Source: Somniosus microcephalus (lineage: Eukaryota). From it: a stretch of 64,000 bases of DNA. The notes under the pieces were generated by a model. That model saw nothing but the letters and a program-made list of their open reading frames with translations. It made no database searches and was not told the DNA's origin. Each line of letters starts with the position of its first letter. Within the stretch, counting starts at the first letter, position 1. The DNA is taken from positions 40,238,001-40,302,000 of the forward strand of contig CM126217.1 of assembly GCA_052327205.1 (NCBI GenBank), written 5' to 3'. Below, piece by piece: positions 10,706-24,299 of this stretch. The translations under genes and the position numbers were made by a program.

Positions 10706-12479
10706 CAAATCCTGGCAGTCAAATTTCCAAAAGGCCACTTGCAGCGCTCTGGCCTGAGTCCAAAAATACCTGAGCTGTTGCTGCTTGAAACCAGTTAGCT
10801 ATCCTCCTTGTTGTGTGTCCAGAAATGCGTTGCACAAGAGTGTTTGCTGCAAAATGGCTGGCCTTTATACTGGAGGGTACGTCCCCTTTAATTTGCGCCC
10901 CCCGGGGCCCGCGCTGGCTGTGTTGCGTTCCCTTTTTCAAACGCTCCGGCCACCAGCCGCACAATGGGGCGGTCCGACTGAAGTTTGGAATCGGGGCGGC
11001 CAAAGGGCGTTGCACGAGGATGTGACGTCATTTTCTGCGCACGCATCCGGGCGGGCGCTAAACTTTGCGCCGGCGCTAACGGCCAACTTAATTTGGGGCG
11101 AGGCGCAAACTGCGCTGCGCCTGGGCGCAACACGCATAGCGGCCGACATTCACTTTTCTTTAGGCGCTAACTGCTGGCGCAACCAACTGAATTTCTAGGC
11201 CAGGGATCCTAAATATACATACAGTATATTATTGTTTTTTATAAAGAGCTAGAACCTTCTGGTAAAATCACTGTGCTGCCATCTTAATAATGGCCAGTGA
11301 ACATCCTAGTGTGATAGAGCAGGTCGGGTTCCTAAAATTGAAAAGATTTTTAAAAAATTAAATACCCTAATAATGGCCCTATTCTCAGTATACATTCAAA
11401 GGTTAAAGTGAAAGTACATTTGTTTCAAATGTATTTTTGTTGGTCTCACAATATCCAAAGATAATATTCCTTCCATAACATTTTCCAATTTCTAAATTAT
11501 ATTATTGATTTTTTTTAAAGCAGACTGACGTGCTGTGACATTTCCAGGTACAGTGGACTGTGGTTAGCCCTCTGATACATTACAGAATCTGTGTGCATCA
11601 AACCATTGAACAAAACTATGGTGCAAGCTAGCAATTGACTTCACAACAGATTTTTTCACCCCAAACAATATGGAAAATTCCCTGCTGCTAAAATAAAGGC
11701 CAAAATACAGAACAGTTCATGCTTTGTTATCACAATAATATCACTGAACTGACTGGGCAGAACAGGGTCTGAACATCAATTCACGAGAGTGTGTACTCTG
11801 GTCACTCTGGCTATCTTGACGGCAAGTCTACTGACCAATCACTGGGCACTTCTTGGCATTAATCATTTACTCAAATTGCCACAACCCAGTGTTAGTTATG
11901 CAAAAAATGATCGTGTTCACATGATCTCTACATTTTTTCATTAGTCTGCCGACTGGGAGCAAAGCATTTAAATCAGAGAGGGAGGGAGGAAAGGGAGTTA
12001 TAATCTTAATGTACAAGCAGCAGCAATAAACTGTCTTAACATTTTGCGCCAATCATCAAACACCAGACAATGTGAACAGGTCTGCACTTTCTTTCATTTT
12101 ATTACATTTTTAAAAATTTGAGAAATGTTTTTTGATGATTTCAATAGACTGAATTCAAGTTTTCATGTTGTTGATGTAAAACATTGAAAATATTCATCAG
12201 TAAGTTTGATCACTTTAGTTTCTGTTTAAAGCCATTGAGAGGTCCATGGTAAAAGAATCTTTGGCACTGTGCACCCCTACATAAGGTCTCCCTAAGATAT
12301 AGTGTATCTAGATGACAAGTATGACTCATTACCTGGGGTGGCAGCTGTCCATCAACAGGTGTCCAGACTCATCTTTCAATGATCTTCTAATACTTGAGAT
12401 CTTCTGTACTTTGAATACTCATTTTTCTTTGACCTTAAAAAAAAACAAAAGAAAGTTTTGAAATCTCACCAATGTATAG

Positions 12480-13600
12480 AAGACATCACCAAGTAACCAG
12501 TAACAGTCTGTTCATTTGGTGCAAGTCAAGTAGTTGAATTTCTCTCTTGTTTCTTCATGACCACAACTGGGTGCAGTATTCAAGGTGTGATCTGACTAGA
12601 GCCCTAAAACGTTTGATCATTAACTCCTCTGACTTGTATTCTACTGTTTTGGCTATGTAGTTCAACATCCTATTGGTTTTGTTGATTACTACCCTCCATT
12701 GCTTGGACATATTTAGAGTCGACTCTAAGACTCCTAAGTCTCTTTCAGCTTCATCCTTAGCTATTTCAACATTACTAGGAAGTACATGTATCATCCATTT
12801 TCTTCACATCTGTAGCACGCAACACTTGTCTACATTAAATTTCATCTGCTATTGTTCTGCCCACTTTCAGATCTTGTTAAACTCATTCTGTAATTTCTGA
12901 GCTGCCTCCTCCAGTTCCACTGCCCCTCCTAGTTTGGTATCATCTGCAAATCTGACCACTTTATATATTTTTTTGAATCTAGGTCAATTTTGCAAATTAG
13001 AAATGTAATAGTCGCAACACTGAGTCCTGTGATACACCAATCTGTACTTCCCCCCACTTTGACATAACTTCTCTAATGAGTATTTGCTGTTTCCTTCACT
13101 TCAGCCAGTTTCTTATCCATTCCCAGGGTTTACCCTAAATCCCCATAGCTTTGAGTTTAATTAATAGCCTTTCATGTGGAGCATTATCAAAAGCCTTTTG
13201 GAAGACAAGGTGCACCATGCCTTGGGACTTTCCACAGTCCACTTAGGTTGTCACTTCCTCAAAGTTGTTGAGAAGGTTGATCCGACAGGACCTTCCCCTG
13301 CTGATTCTACGGTCACCTCTGTTAGCTAGGTTACTGTTGTAGAGATCATTCTCAAGTTTACTCCTGATAACTGATTCCATACTTTTACATGAAAAAGACT
13401 AATGGGGCTATATTTTCCTCTGTCTGTTTTGTCACCCTTTATGAATATGGGCATCACATTAGCCTGTTTCCATTCTACTAATACCGAATTCCAATGTCCA
13501 CTGCGCCCCTTATAATGATTGTCCGTGCCTCACAGATCTCCTTTCTAGTTTCTCTCAGCACTCTGATAAATACCATCCATAAATTTAGGGATTTCTTTGT
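12480..13600 (-). mobile_element. Decayed CR1 LINE ORF2 fragment
   Basis: ERDLGVL..KTNRMLNYI..ALVRSHLEYCTQLWS, and a FQKAFD-like segment at ~13190. Confidence 0.75.
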
Positions 13601-14090
13601 TTTAAGCACCTATCAAGGACTTCTGTCTCATATATAATTAAGTCATTGGTCAAAATCTTCAACTTCAGCGGGGTCGTAAAATGGGTGGTAGCGGATTGGT
13701 TGCTCATTACATACCCCACCCAATTTTCCTTTCTGTCGATATCAATGGAAAGGAAAATCGGGCGGAGTGAATAACAGGCAGCCGATTCGCTAATGCCAAT
13801 TATATGTCCCTGCCAAAGTTGAACGTTTTCCCCATTGGTTGTATTTGGGATATCTTTGAGGAGGGCAGGTTGCTCACGTCTTCCCTTGCTGAACACTTGA
13901 AAGAAATATTCATTCCAAATTTTTACTATTTTGTGCTCATCCTCAATTTCAAGCTAATTAACATCTTTTTAATTGTTGTCCTGTTTTGCTTGTTCCAGAT
14001 AGCCTGAAACACATTTTTACAAACTCTGCTGCTGTTAAAAGTGCTATTTCACGTTTAACCTTACATAACAGCTTTACCCAATGAAATTAC

Positions 14091-14336
14091 CTGCTGTAGT
14101 CACAAAACACAATAAACGAGAGCTGTGATAAAGACCGAGTAAAGCAGCAATGATGCAGCACTTCTAGATGCAAATGCTCTGTTTCCAGAAGATGCTCCTT
14201 TTCGAAGACCAAAAACTATAAGACCTTTCTCAACGGTCCGTGGCTACTCTCTCCCTCCCCCCCACCATGGAAATCGGGCAGACCTATCGAACACAAACGC
14301 TATAATCACAGAAGTGATATCGAACAAATATTCAGG
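14091..14336 (-). other. Candidate non-coding exon of a minus-strand host transcript
   Basis: Acceptor TTTTTTTTCAATTAG|, donor CAG|GTAATT; CpG-retaining unique sequence; stops in all three frames. Confidence 0.35.
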
Positions 14337-15360
14337 CTAATTGAAAAAAAAAATTAAATGATCTACTTAAATAGGAGCTCAGTTTTTCTTGGTGAGCAAA
14401 AGTTGATTTGAAATAAGCTGAGCACAATTATTAAATGTGTGAATCCATTTTCTTGCAATAATCTCAAGTTATGGATGTCTCGCTGTGTGTTTCCTCTGCT
14501 ATCATCCAGCCAAATAGTTAAAGTATTAAGGACAGGGAGCAAAGCTGTGCAAAGCAGACCACTCCTGTGCTTCCTCTGCTCACTCCCACCAAATGTACAA
14601 CGTGGCATTTTCAGTCCATTCAACAATGTGCTGTTAACACAGTATTCTTCATTTCCATTAACACTGTCAGGGTTTTTATAGAAGTGGTAAGGTTCTTTTG
14701 CTGTTGTAAAGTTAGCATTATTGTCTATTATGACTATTGGATAGTGTGAAGGGAGAGCAAAGGTGTTACCCAGTGGTCCAAGCTAATTTGCTGGTCCTCG
14801 GGAAGTTAACTACATCAATCTCTTTTTATTGATAAAGAAAAACTCTAAAACACGTATTTCTTGATTTTTATTTCCCTATGTTCTCTAGAAAGTAGATATA
14901 ATTGTTCTTTCCAGCTTAATTAAACATAGTGGATCAGTTTCCTGGCGCTGAATTTAGTATAATATATGTTGTCTGGTGAGTAACCCAGTGAGCTCCAATG
15001 TAAAACATAGAGGACACTAGCTGTCTTGGCAATGATTTTAAACTATATTCTTGCAGGAATCAATAGATGGCCTTCGAGTCCTTCCATCAACAGCTCTGTA
15101 CTGCCCTCCATCCCGTCACGTGAATATAGCATACTTCAAAGAGGCTGGCCTGACCCACCACAGTAGGCCAAAAGGAATGTTCATAACAGCTTTTATTTTT
15201 GAAGTGCAGTTGTGAAAAAATGCAAGAAATGTATTTTATATTCAGGCAGTAATAATAATTAAAATAAAAAATTTACATTTGCTGCCAAAAAGACACTTAA
15301 AAGTTGACCTGACTACTAGTTCTTAAAAAGAACAGTTTTAAGGCTATGCACTAACTAACT

Positions 15361-15610
15361 TTGAAGAAGAGCAGGGGAGTTATCCCCGGTGTCCTGGCCA
15401 ATATTTATCCCTCAATCAACATAACAAAAACAGATTATCTGGTCATTGTCACATTGCTGATTGTGGGAGCTTGCTCTGTGCAAATTGGCTGCCCCGTTTC
15501 CCACATTACAACAGTAACTACACTCCAAAAGTACTTCATTGACTGTAAAGCGCTTTGAGTCATCCGGTGGACGTGAAAGGCGCTATATAAATGCAAGTCT
15601 TTCTTTCTTT
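15361..15610 (+). mobile_element. Deu-domain SINE, 5'-truncated
   Basis: GAAGAAGAGCAGGGGAGTT..GGTGTCCTGGCCAATATTTATCCCTCAA core; tail GCGCTATATAAATGCAAGTCTTTCTTTC. Confidence 0.8.
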
Positions 15611-17745
15611 AACTGTTCAACTAGGGGTGTCACCACTCTACAAATTTTGGGTGTGAAGTTTTCAAGCCTGAGTTATTGCCTTATGGAAAAAGTATAAACA
15701 TGACTTAAAATGGCAAGCTGCACCACTCACATGAGGACAGCAAAATGATCTCAGTATATTCCTCTTTTCTCTCATTCCCTTGCTCTCCCTTTTTCTGTAT
15801 CTATCTCTTTCTTTATCACTCCTCTGGCTGTGGGAATTGCAAGTGTTTACCTTGCTTTCCCTCACTGGAGAATCAAAGCACGAGAAGAGCATCAATATGG
15901 TGCTATTACAGTATCCAAAGCAATAGTGAAAGCCCCCTCTTAAAACAATATGCCTTTAACAAGAGAAGCCAAGAGAAGTGCTTGGAATTTTACGCACACG
16001 CAGGTGTTAAATCACGATCCTTAGGGAGGGAAATCTAGATCTCACAGATAAGGTTCATGCTGATAGGCCTGGATTAACTCGAAAACAGCATGGCACTCAA
16101 CCACAGCGCACCAAACAAAACAGTAATCAGGCTCACCCATCTTATATTAAAATTGCAATACATAGCAGGTGCCCTAAATCTGGGAAACAACAAATGGCTA
16201 CGCATACAGCGCCAGTCTAGTAATACAACTGAAGGATCCTGGTGATACCGTAAGCTTCCAAAAGTCACTAGGGAGGTTTCTATTGGAGGTTGTCTGCACA
16301 TTCCCAACCATTAATGTATAATGTAGTGTTATAATTGTAAATCACACATTATTATTCAGTGCAACACTCCCTCCTCTCGACTGTCACCATCATAGTAGCC
16401 ATGGCCTAGCATCATATTATCTGGCTTCAAAACCTTCCTGTCACAAGAAATGAAGCTGCACCACAAAAACAAACGACAGCGAGGGACAATATGAGCTCCG
16501 TTTACAAAACCTAAATAACAAGTCGGAAATGGTCATCTGTACCTCTTATGGTTGGGAACAGAAGGACAGCCAACGTTCATGGAACTGTACCCCAGTAAGA
16601 ATTATCTTCAGAAGAACAGGAGGAAAAAAAATGAAAAATACTAATAATAAGCAGTTTAAAGTCTATTTATCGTCTGAGAGTACAAGCATTTATATTATGC
16701 AGTGTAATTGTAATACATTATGCACTCTATAAGTACACTATGTAAATACAATAAATACAGCATCCAGGATAATCTAAACGCACTGTATAATGTTAATACA
16801 AGTCACACTACAATATTCAATGATAGAAATCTATATACAATGTTTAGTATAGTGTACAATGTATAACATGGTGCATTAGAGTATACTTGCACTTTATAAT
16901 AACAACGTTCTATTATTATATAAATAAAAATATACCCTGTGTAACACAAAACTATGACCCAGTCTTGGGCGCAGTTAGCATTATAAACTCACCATTCAAA
17001 TTCTCCCGAGGTTGCATTAAGCTTTGTATTTCCCTCTCAGGTATCTTTATTCCTTTTGTATTTTTCTAGGGTAGGGATGGGGGATGCAGGAGGAGGCCAG
17101 AAGAGTTAAAATTACAACAGCAAACTGAAAAATATTCTGTAAGATCTTTCAGAATTTGTTTTCTTCTATTTTATTTAAATTTAAAAAACTCATGCAATTT
17201 ATCAGAATATCTGAAATTACTCTTTCTTTTAAAAAGAAAATGTCGTTTAGTATTTTACATCTGTAGTGAAATTCCTAAACCTTATAGGACTGCAAAACTA
17301 TTTTATTTAAGTATAAAATGATGTAGCGATGGTGTAAAACATTGAATGCTATTTGTACAATAAACAGAAAACTTAATTTTGGGCAAAAATAATAAGATGA
17401 GCATTAACAAGTAATGTTCCATTAATAGAAATAAATACTTTTTTTTAAAGTGCTTATGTATATGAATTTATTTACTATCAGTTCAAATTATAAATCTCAG
17501 TGGTTTCCTATATAAATCTCATGCAACATGGCATAGCCACTTGTTGCAGCACCACAGTAAAAATGCCATTTTTAAAATTATTGATTGAGCATCAACAATA
17601 ACTTGCATTTATTCAGTGTCTTTAGTGTAAAGAAACATCTGAAGGCACTTCACAAATAGGCACAAGGAAAATGTATGCCAAGCCAGGAAGGGAGACTGAA
17701 GCCAGGTCAAAGTGATGGGTTAAGAGGAATACCAGCAGACACACA

Positions 17746-17905
17746 GCGGGTAATTTTAACCTAAATCAACCGGCGGGAGACTGATGGGATCAAATCGGCT
17801 GCACGTTTTACACCCCGTCCGACATTGCTTTCTATTGACTGTAAAGAGACAACTGATCCGATCCTGTTAGTTTCCTACCAGACAGGGTGTATTAAAATTA
17901 CCCCC
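17746..17905. mobile_element. Palindromic MITE (Harbinger/Tourist-like)
   Basis: TIR GGGTAATTTTAA / TTAAAATTACCC; internal inverted arms; ACA on both flanks. Confidence 0.6.
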
Positions 17906-18815
17906 ACATTATGATTTCAATTATACATTGAACTAACCAAAAAGTTAAAACTTTATTAGAACCTGAATCACAACACAGAGGAGTCTGCATTAAGAAATGC
18001 CAAACTTAGGAAAATGTAAATTACTATTGTCTCACAGAAACAAACAAATTACTGAGAAGAAATTGACTGAAAATGCAGACTTATTGTCATATGTGGTTTT
18101 AAAATGACAAAATTATAAACTTGGAATTTCTACGGGGCTTCTTCCGATCTCCTGCCATAATTTTAACTTTCAGAGAAAGAGCCATTTTTCTGGGGTTTCC
18201 ACTGAAGTTATGGTGGAAGATCTGCAGAATTTCTACCCCATAATGTTTATACATTGAGATTAAGTTGCTCCTTTAACTGAGGTAGCATCCACTCAGCAAG
18301 GTTTCAGTACATACCTCAACGTTAGCTGAGAGACACGTTGCAAAATGAGTGCTCAAACTAACTAATAGCTACCGTGTAGATTTTCAAAAGCTGTAAATAC
18401 AATTAACAGCTTCCAAAGGAAAGCCCTTGAAACTTCCCTTTGGGTACTTTGAATCTATAACTTTTTGTTGATATTTAAAAATATATATTTTCAGGGAACC
18501 AAAATAACTAAATTTTGGTCTGAAAAATAAAAATTGATTTTAACCACCAATCAATTCCAACTTCCCCCCTAAAAAATATATTTTTAGACCCTTGCCCTCC
18601 TTATTTGCCTCAAGTAATGGAAGGTGCACTATCTTTATTGGAAAATGGCTGACAAATAAACTGTGACATCTTTCGGCAATATGCACCAAAACCCTGCCAC
18701 CATTTTGCAAAGATATTATCACACTTCTTCAATATGATGTCTTGAAAAATAAAGCATGTGGCTGATTTGGCCTCTCCAAGGTAAAGACAGTGCCTCTTAA
18801 ACACTTCAGACAAAG

Positions 18816-18966
18816 AGAGATAAATTTTTACTTTCATCGGCGGATGGTAGTGGATTGGCCGCCTGTAATGTACCCTGCCCAATTTGCCTTTCTAGCAGAG
18901 TCCATAACAGACGGCCAATCTACTACTGCCTGTTTTCCGCCCAGTGATGAAAGTTAAAATCTACCT
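18816..18966. mobile_element. Palindromic MITE
   Basis: Arms AGATAAATTTTTACTTTCATC / GATGAAAGTTAAAATCTACC, plus an inner pair GTAGTGGATTGGCCG / CGGCCAATCTACTAC. Confidence 0.6.
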
Positions 18967-19099
18967 TTTTGTTAGCATGATTTGAATTTGACAAATTGAA
19001 CACAGCAACTTTGAATTAACAAGATGTGAAGAGATAAATAATGTAGCTATATAGAAAAAATGTTATATTCAGAAATGCTCTTTCTTTTTCTTTATATTT

Positions 19100-19550
19100 A
19101 TTTCTCAGCATGGCTCTGTTGGTCGCACATCAATTCTGAGTCAGCATTTTGTGGGTTCAAGCCCCACTCCAAGACTTGAGGACATAATCTAGACTAACAG
19201 CTCAATGTAGTCATCAGGGAGTGCTGTCAAAAGTTCCATCTTTCAGATGAGAGGTTAAACTGAGGCCCTGTCTGTCTGTTCAGGTGGACGTTATAAGATC
19301 CATGCCACAATTCAAAGAACAGCAGGGTGTTCAGCTGCTGTCCTCGACAACATTTTTCCCTCAACCAACATCGCTAAAAACATATTAAGTAGTAATTTAT
19401 CCAGTTTGCTGTTTGTGAGACCTTATTGTGTGCAAATTGGCTGCTGCATTTACCAAAATTACAAAAGTGACTGCACCTGAAATGAAATTAATTGGATGTG
19501 CAACACTTTGAGGATGTGATGACGTACTATGTAAATGCAAATTCTTTTTT
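19100..19550 (+). mobile_element. Deu-domain SINE, near full length
   Basis: tRNA-like head (GGTTCAAGCCCCACTCC), Deu core and L2-like tail; homologous to 5885-6350. Confidence 0.75.
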
Positions 19551-21263
19551 TCTATATATATATCCATGTACACACACATGACTTGTCTCTTTTACGTCCA
19601 CTGCTCTAAATAGGCAAATCCAGAAAATTATAATTAGTTGTAAATTTCAGCCTCTACGTTAATGGCTGACTTTCTTTATTTGAAATAGCACATTTTGAAA
19701 AAATAAGTTACAATAATCGGTGTATCGAGGAATTATATACACAAAAAATTTATCCATATAAAAAAATTCTGTTGCCCGCTCACATTAACAAAGGTTTCCA
19801 AGTGTCCCAGAAACAAAATCTACTTTTTCCCTCACATTCTTACTGTGTATCCTGATTTGAGATTCAAATGTTGGCTTACAATTTAAGGCATTCTGTCTAT
19901 TTCTGGATTAATAAAACTGAGAAAAATAGACTTTCAGAATGTCTGATTTAATTTCCTTCATATAGATTTACAAATGAACATACTAAAATTAGATACTGTT
20001 GCACAAGTACAGCAGAATTATACAGCAGGCACTGGCAAGGAAAACGCAAGCATTTGTCCGTTACATTTCAGCCCTGTTTGAGAGTTTGGGCATCTAACTA
20101 ACTATGAATTGCATCTTTAACAAAAACAAATCAGCTACTCACCCCCGCCTCCTCACAAAAACAAATGACATCTTTGTAGCGCATTCAATCCCAAATTCCG
20201 GTAATAATGCGGCTCTTTGACTAGCTTGTATATCACGTGTTTGTCTGACAGATTGCACAGTTTGTGTCCTCTTTCCCTATCCTGTCTCTGACCGTGTGCA
20301 TTACACAATCCTTCTTGGTCAGTACAACGGGATGGTCCAGCCTGTTCATATCACTACAGGCTGTCAAATTGTCAATCGTTGATCCTTGGCCAAGGATCAG
20401 AATCATGACTGATTTTAAATATTTTAATTGAAAAAAATGCGAGAAAATATTTAGATAATTGTTTTACTTTAAGTTCCATTTAATATCAACCTTTAAAGGG
20501 TTATTGAATTAGTTATAATCATCTAATTTCCATTTTGTTTCATTTGTTGAATGCAACATCAATCTGGCAATGGCTGGTTTATCTCCTGCACTTCACTGAA
20601 ATGTTGCATTTCTTAATTTTACAAAATGAATGCTGGCATCAATTGAAAATTATTCAACCCTCCCCCTCACCATCACTGTAGTAATTAAAATTAAAGTCTT
20701 AAAACCAAACTTCCCAACTACAACCCCTCCGCCAAACAGATTCTCCTGCTGATAGTCTGCTTCTTTCTTTGAATATTAATCCATAACACATAGCGCACCA
20801 TCACTATTGATCTCCACCAGTTGAACAAGGTGAGGTCTGCATTGCAACACAACAGTTATTAACACGCTATAAAATGGGAAAATGTAGTGTTTTAGTTACA
20901 TTTATTTAAATGGAACTGATATTTCTACTCAAATCTTCTCAGCTCCGACTTTCAATCCGTCATTCTCTTCTTTTAGAATTTTACATTTCTCTTACATTAA
21001 TAGGATGGTGCTATCCCGTTATGGGATGAGGAAAAAATCTCTTAAGTTATGTTGCCACGGCAAGACACCTTACGTGCTACTGCGACATATTTTCTCTGCC
21101 TCCTATTCCAATTTAAGACAATGGACCAAAATGGGAGATCTGACTGTACTGGAATAGCTTAGCAACAAGAACCATGGCATTTTTATTCCTCCTGTTAAGA
21201 ATGAAGTGTCTTAACTGCGCGCACTAAGCTCGAACAACATGTTTTATGAAAAAAATTAATCAC

Positions 21264-21474
21264 CTGATGTTAATCCTGTAACAATTGTTCCTAGAAATAC
21301 AAATCATGTTGTTGCTTCTTTTCTTTTCCGAGTCAATGGTTTGGTGGGGTACGGTCACTGACGCCCTGTGACAGCAGACCATTGCTGTTTGAAACAAATT
21401 ATCTGAAACGTGCGGCATAGGTTTCACTGTGAGACTTCTCCACATTCTGGTTTGTCGGGTCAGTCTCTTCATTT
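21264..21474 (-). other. Candidate exon of minus-strand host transcript
   Basis: Acceptor TATATTTTAG|AAATG, donor CAG|GTGATT; one frame open (MKRLTRQ...) but no recognisable protein. Confidence 0.35.
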
Positions 21475-24168
21475 CTAAAATATAGTGTAAACAGCTCGTG
21501 CCCTGCGTGCAGTTTTAATACCAACTTGCATTTTGAATGAGTACATAGCCACAGAAAATAAGTGGCAGAAAAAGATAATTAAAAAGTAGTAAATTGGATC
21601 AGGCGAAATTGGAAACTTGAGTTTTGAGAACAAGCAGAATACGGTGAGATAAATGCAGCATTTAAACGGATAGGGAAGTAGGCTGCTAAAGAAATCTACA
21701 TTTTATATTCAAATGAGATAATGTCCATGACTATTTACTTAACTAAATAATTATTTGCTAAAAATGATAAAATAGGACAAAATATATTTGGGAAACAAAA
21801 TACTTTAACATCAGAGTATTTGAGTTTCCTGAGCCAGGATAACATGGCTTTCTGTCACATATATGAGTCTATTTTGAGTGGATTAGTTTAATTTGCTGAC
21901 CATCAGGAGTTTTCTATTAGCAGTAATGAATATGTGCTCTTAGTAAACCTGACATCAGCATGCAAAGTAATTTTTTAATGAAAATATACAATGGTTTAAT
22001 GTAGTGTAATTAAATAAATGAATGTAAAACAAAACAAGTACGATAGACACAGAGAGACAGACGGGTAGACACATGCACACGTAGAAAGGACGTTCTTTGA
22101 GCCTAGCTGACATGGATGCAATTACATTCAACTTTAAAAGAAACATGCAAACACTAATCTTTTATACAGACACTTAAAATATCAACAGCAATTTTTTTTA
22201 TTGATTTTACTCGTCTTGTGCTATCTTTCATTCAGCAGGAGAGATCTTGGTGTAAAAGGTACATTTATAATGTGGGAGCTGCCATGTTTACTGCTGCACT
22301 CTACAAAATACTGACATCTGAGAAAGACAACATCTGTTTAGAGAACAGACGATGGCAATGGTTAAATAAGCACCAACACCCAAACTGTGTTCTCTCTTTC
22401 TTAAATGCTGAATATTAAGGATCAAACCCCATGCGGCAATAATCACTTAACTGAGAATAGTTTTTATTCCGACTGGAAGCATTCAGATCTTCAATTGGAA
22501 TAAAGCACAGAAACAATCCTTGCATCATATAAAGTCAATTGGAAATAACCATAAACAGGGCCATGCACCATTCTAAGAAATGCCCCGACGCATGGAAACA
22601 ATGGATGACTACGGGGAAGTCAATACGAGGGAGCGAAACCAACCGCAAGGCATGGCTGATCTGACCAACTCAATGCAGCTCCAACTCGGAAGGTTTAGAT
22701 CATTATTTTTGCTTTGTAAGAAAGAATCACCACCAACAGATTTTAAGACATTAAAGATTTAAATTAAATATTATGTAATCAGCTAACTGGCACACACTAT
22801 GAGATGGGTTAGACTGACAACGTGTCTCAGATGATCTCAATCATCCTTTTGTGTATCGAGATCATTAAAAAAAAAATTCAGTATGAAGTGTTCTGAAACC
22901 AACATATGTAACTGAGGAAATTTTACAGTATTTAAATATATTTTTCAATTTTTTTTCAAAAAACATTATCCAATAGCTACAGGAAAAAAAGTTAAATGTA
23001 AACAGCACCTTGGAACAGCAGATCCAGGAGCCGTACCGCAAGCTTTACCATCAGGAGATTCGACTAGTACAGGGTTAATAAAAAGAGGAGGAAAAAACCT
23101 AAACGATTCAAACAAACACAAGGTTGTTTTACTACTCCGTCATATTTCAGTAATTTTATGCTTTTCTCCAAGATAACTATTTCTAAAAGTTGGTGTTTTC
23201 CAAATACGTTCAACAGCAGAAAAGCAGAAAGAAAATGACGAAATAAAAAAGTTAATAAGTTGCTTGCAGATTTCCCCAATTCCCTAAAAAAAATGCAAAC
23301 GGCAGAATTCCTTTATACAGTGTACGCGCCAAAACCGGACGACACAACACCAGGCATTCTCTAAAAGCTCATTCAATACAATCCATTCAAACAAAGCACA
23401 GAAATAGACCAACTTTACCACCTAAACAAAACCAAAAAAATAACTGCAAGAAAAGGTCAAATAGAGAGTGATAGGCAGCAATCTAATACGGGTTACTGGC
23501 ATATGGCGATGATAAATTTGTGGAAACATCACAGCACATGAGGGGACTTACTGAAAAATACTTTTAGGGAAATAAAGAAAGAACCCTGATTCCCCCTCCC
23601 TCTTTTAACCCCAGATATTTAAAACTCACTCAGTACCAAAGGAAAACGTTGTAGTCCATATTATTTATCGGAAGTTGAAAACAATCTCCAAAGCAAACGC
23701 AAAAAACAAACTGAATCTCTTATTTTCTCAGCTCTTTTAAGCTGCCCCATATCCCTGCGCCAGTAAAGGGTGGTAACCAACAGAGACACTGCATTATAAC
23801 CCAGGAAGAAGGACTGGCACCAGTCCTAGAACATGTGCACTCTGAAATAAAAGAGTCAGGAAGTAAACCCTCGCTCATCAACTGAAACTTCACAGTACTA
23901 AACAATATTTTTTAAAAAGCAAAATAGAGGAAAAAAATAGAAAGTCAACTGTGTTTGGAAAATGTTGGTAATAAGCAGGAAACCAAACACAGAGAAAGAT
24001 GGAAATTACGGCAGTCGCTGCCATCTTCAGAAAGTGAGACAGCAGCGATTTTCATAGACACGGTTTGCAAATTAAAACTTCGTTGGCTATAAGCATATTA
24101 GTCCGAGAAGCTGAAAATACAGTCCATCATTACAGTACGTCATTCAAAGAGCAATGGACGAGAGACGC

Positions 24169-24173
<5 letters not shown>

Positions 24174-24199
<26 letters not shown>
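24174..24199. repeat. (GA)n microsatellite
   Basis: Direct reading. Confidence 0.9.
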
Positions 24200-24201
<2 letters not shown>

Positions 24202-24257
24202 CTTACCCCCAAAAAAGTGTGAGAAGTCGGCAGGGGTAGACACGGGAAAGCATTCAC

Positions 24258-24273
24258 CTTGTATCTTGTCGTC
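24258..24273 (-). other. Candidate 16-nt microexon GACGACAAGATACAAG
   Basis: On the minus strand: branch-like GCTGAC, tract TGTTTTCTTGTCTGCTTTACAG|, then 16 nt, then AAG|GTGAAT. Confidence 0.5.
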
Positions 24274-24299
24274 CTGTAAAGCAGACAAGAAAACAGTCA

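Larger units (their letters stand above)
6952..11201. mobile_element. Autonomous PIF/Harbinger DNA transposon, apparently intact (4250 bp)
   Basis: TIRs GGCCTAGAATTTCAGT (6952-6967) and ACTGAATTTCTAGGCC (11186-11201) with 1 mismatch; 3-bp TSD AGG (6949-6951, 11202-11204); two convergent intact genes; GC/CpG-rich against AT-rich flanks. Confidence 0.95.
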
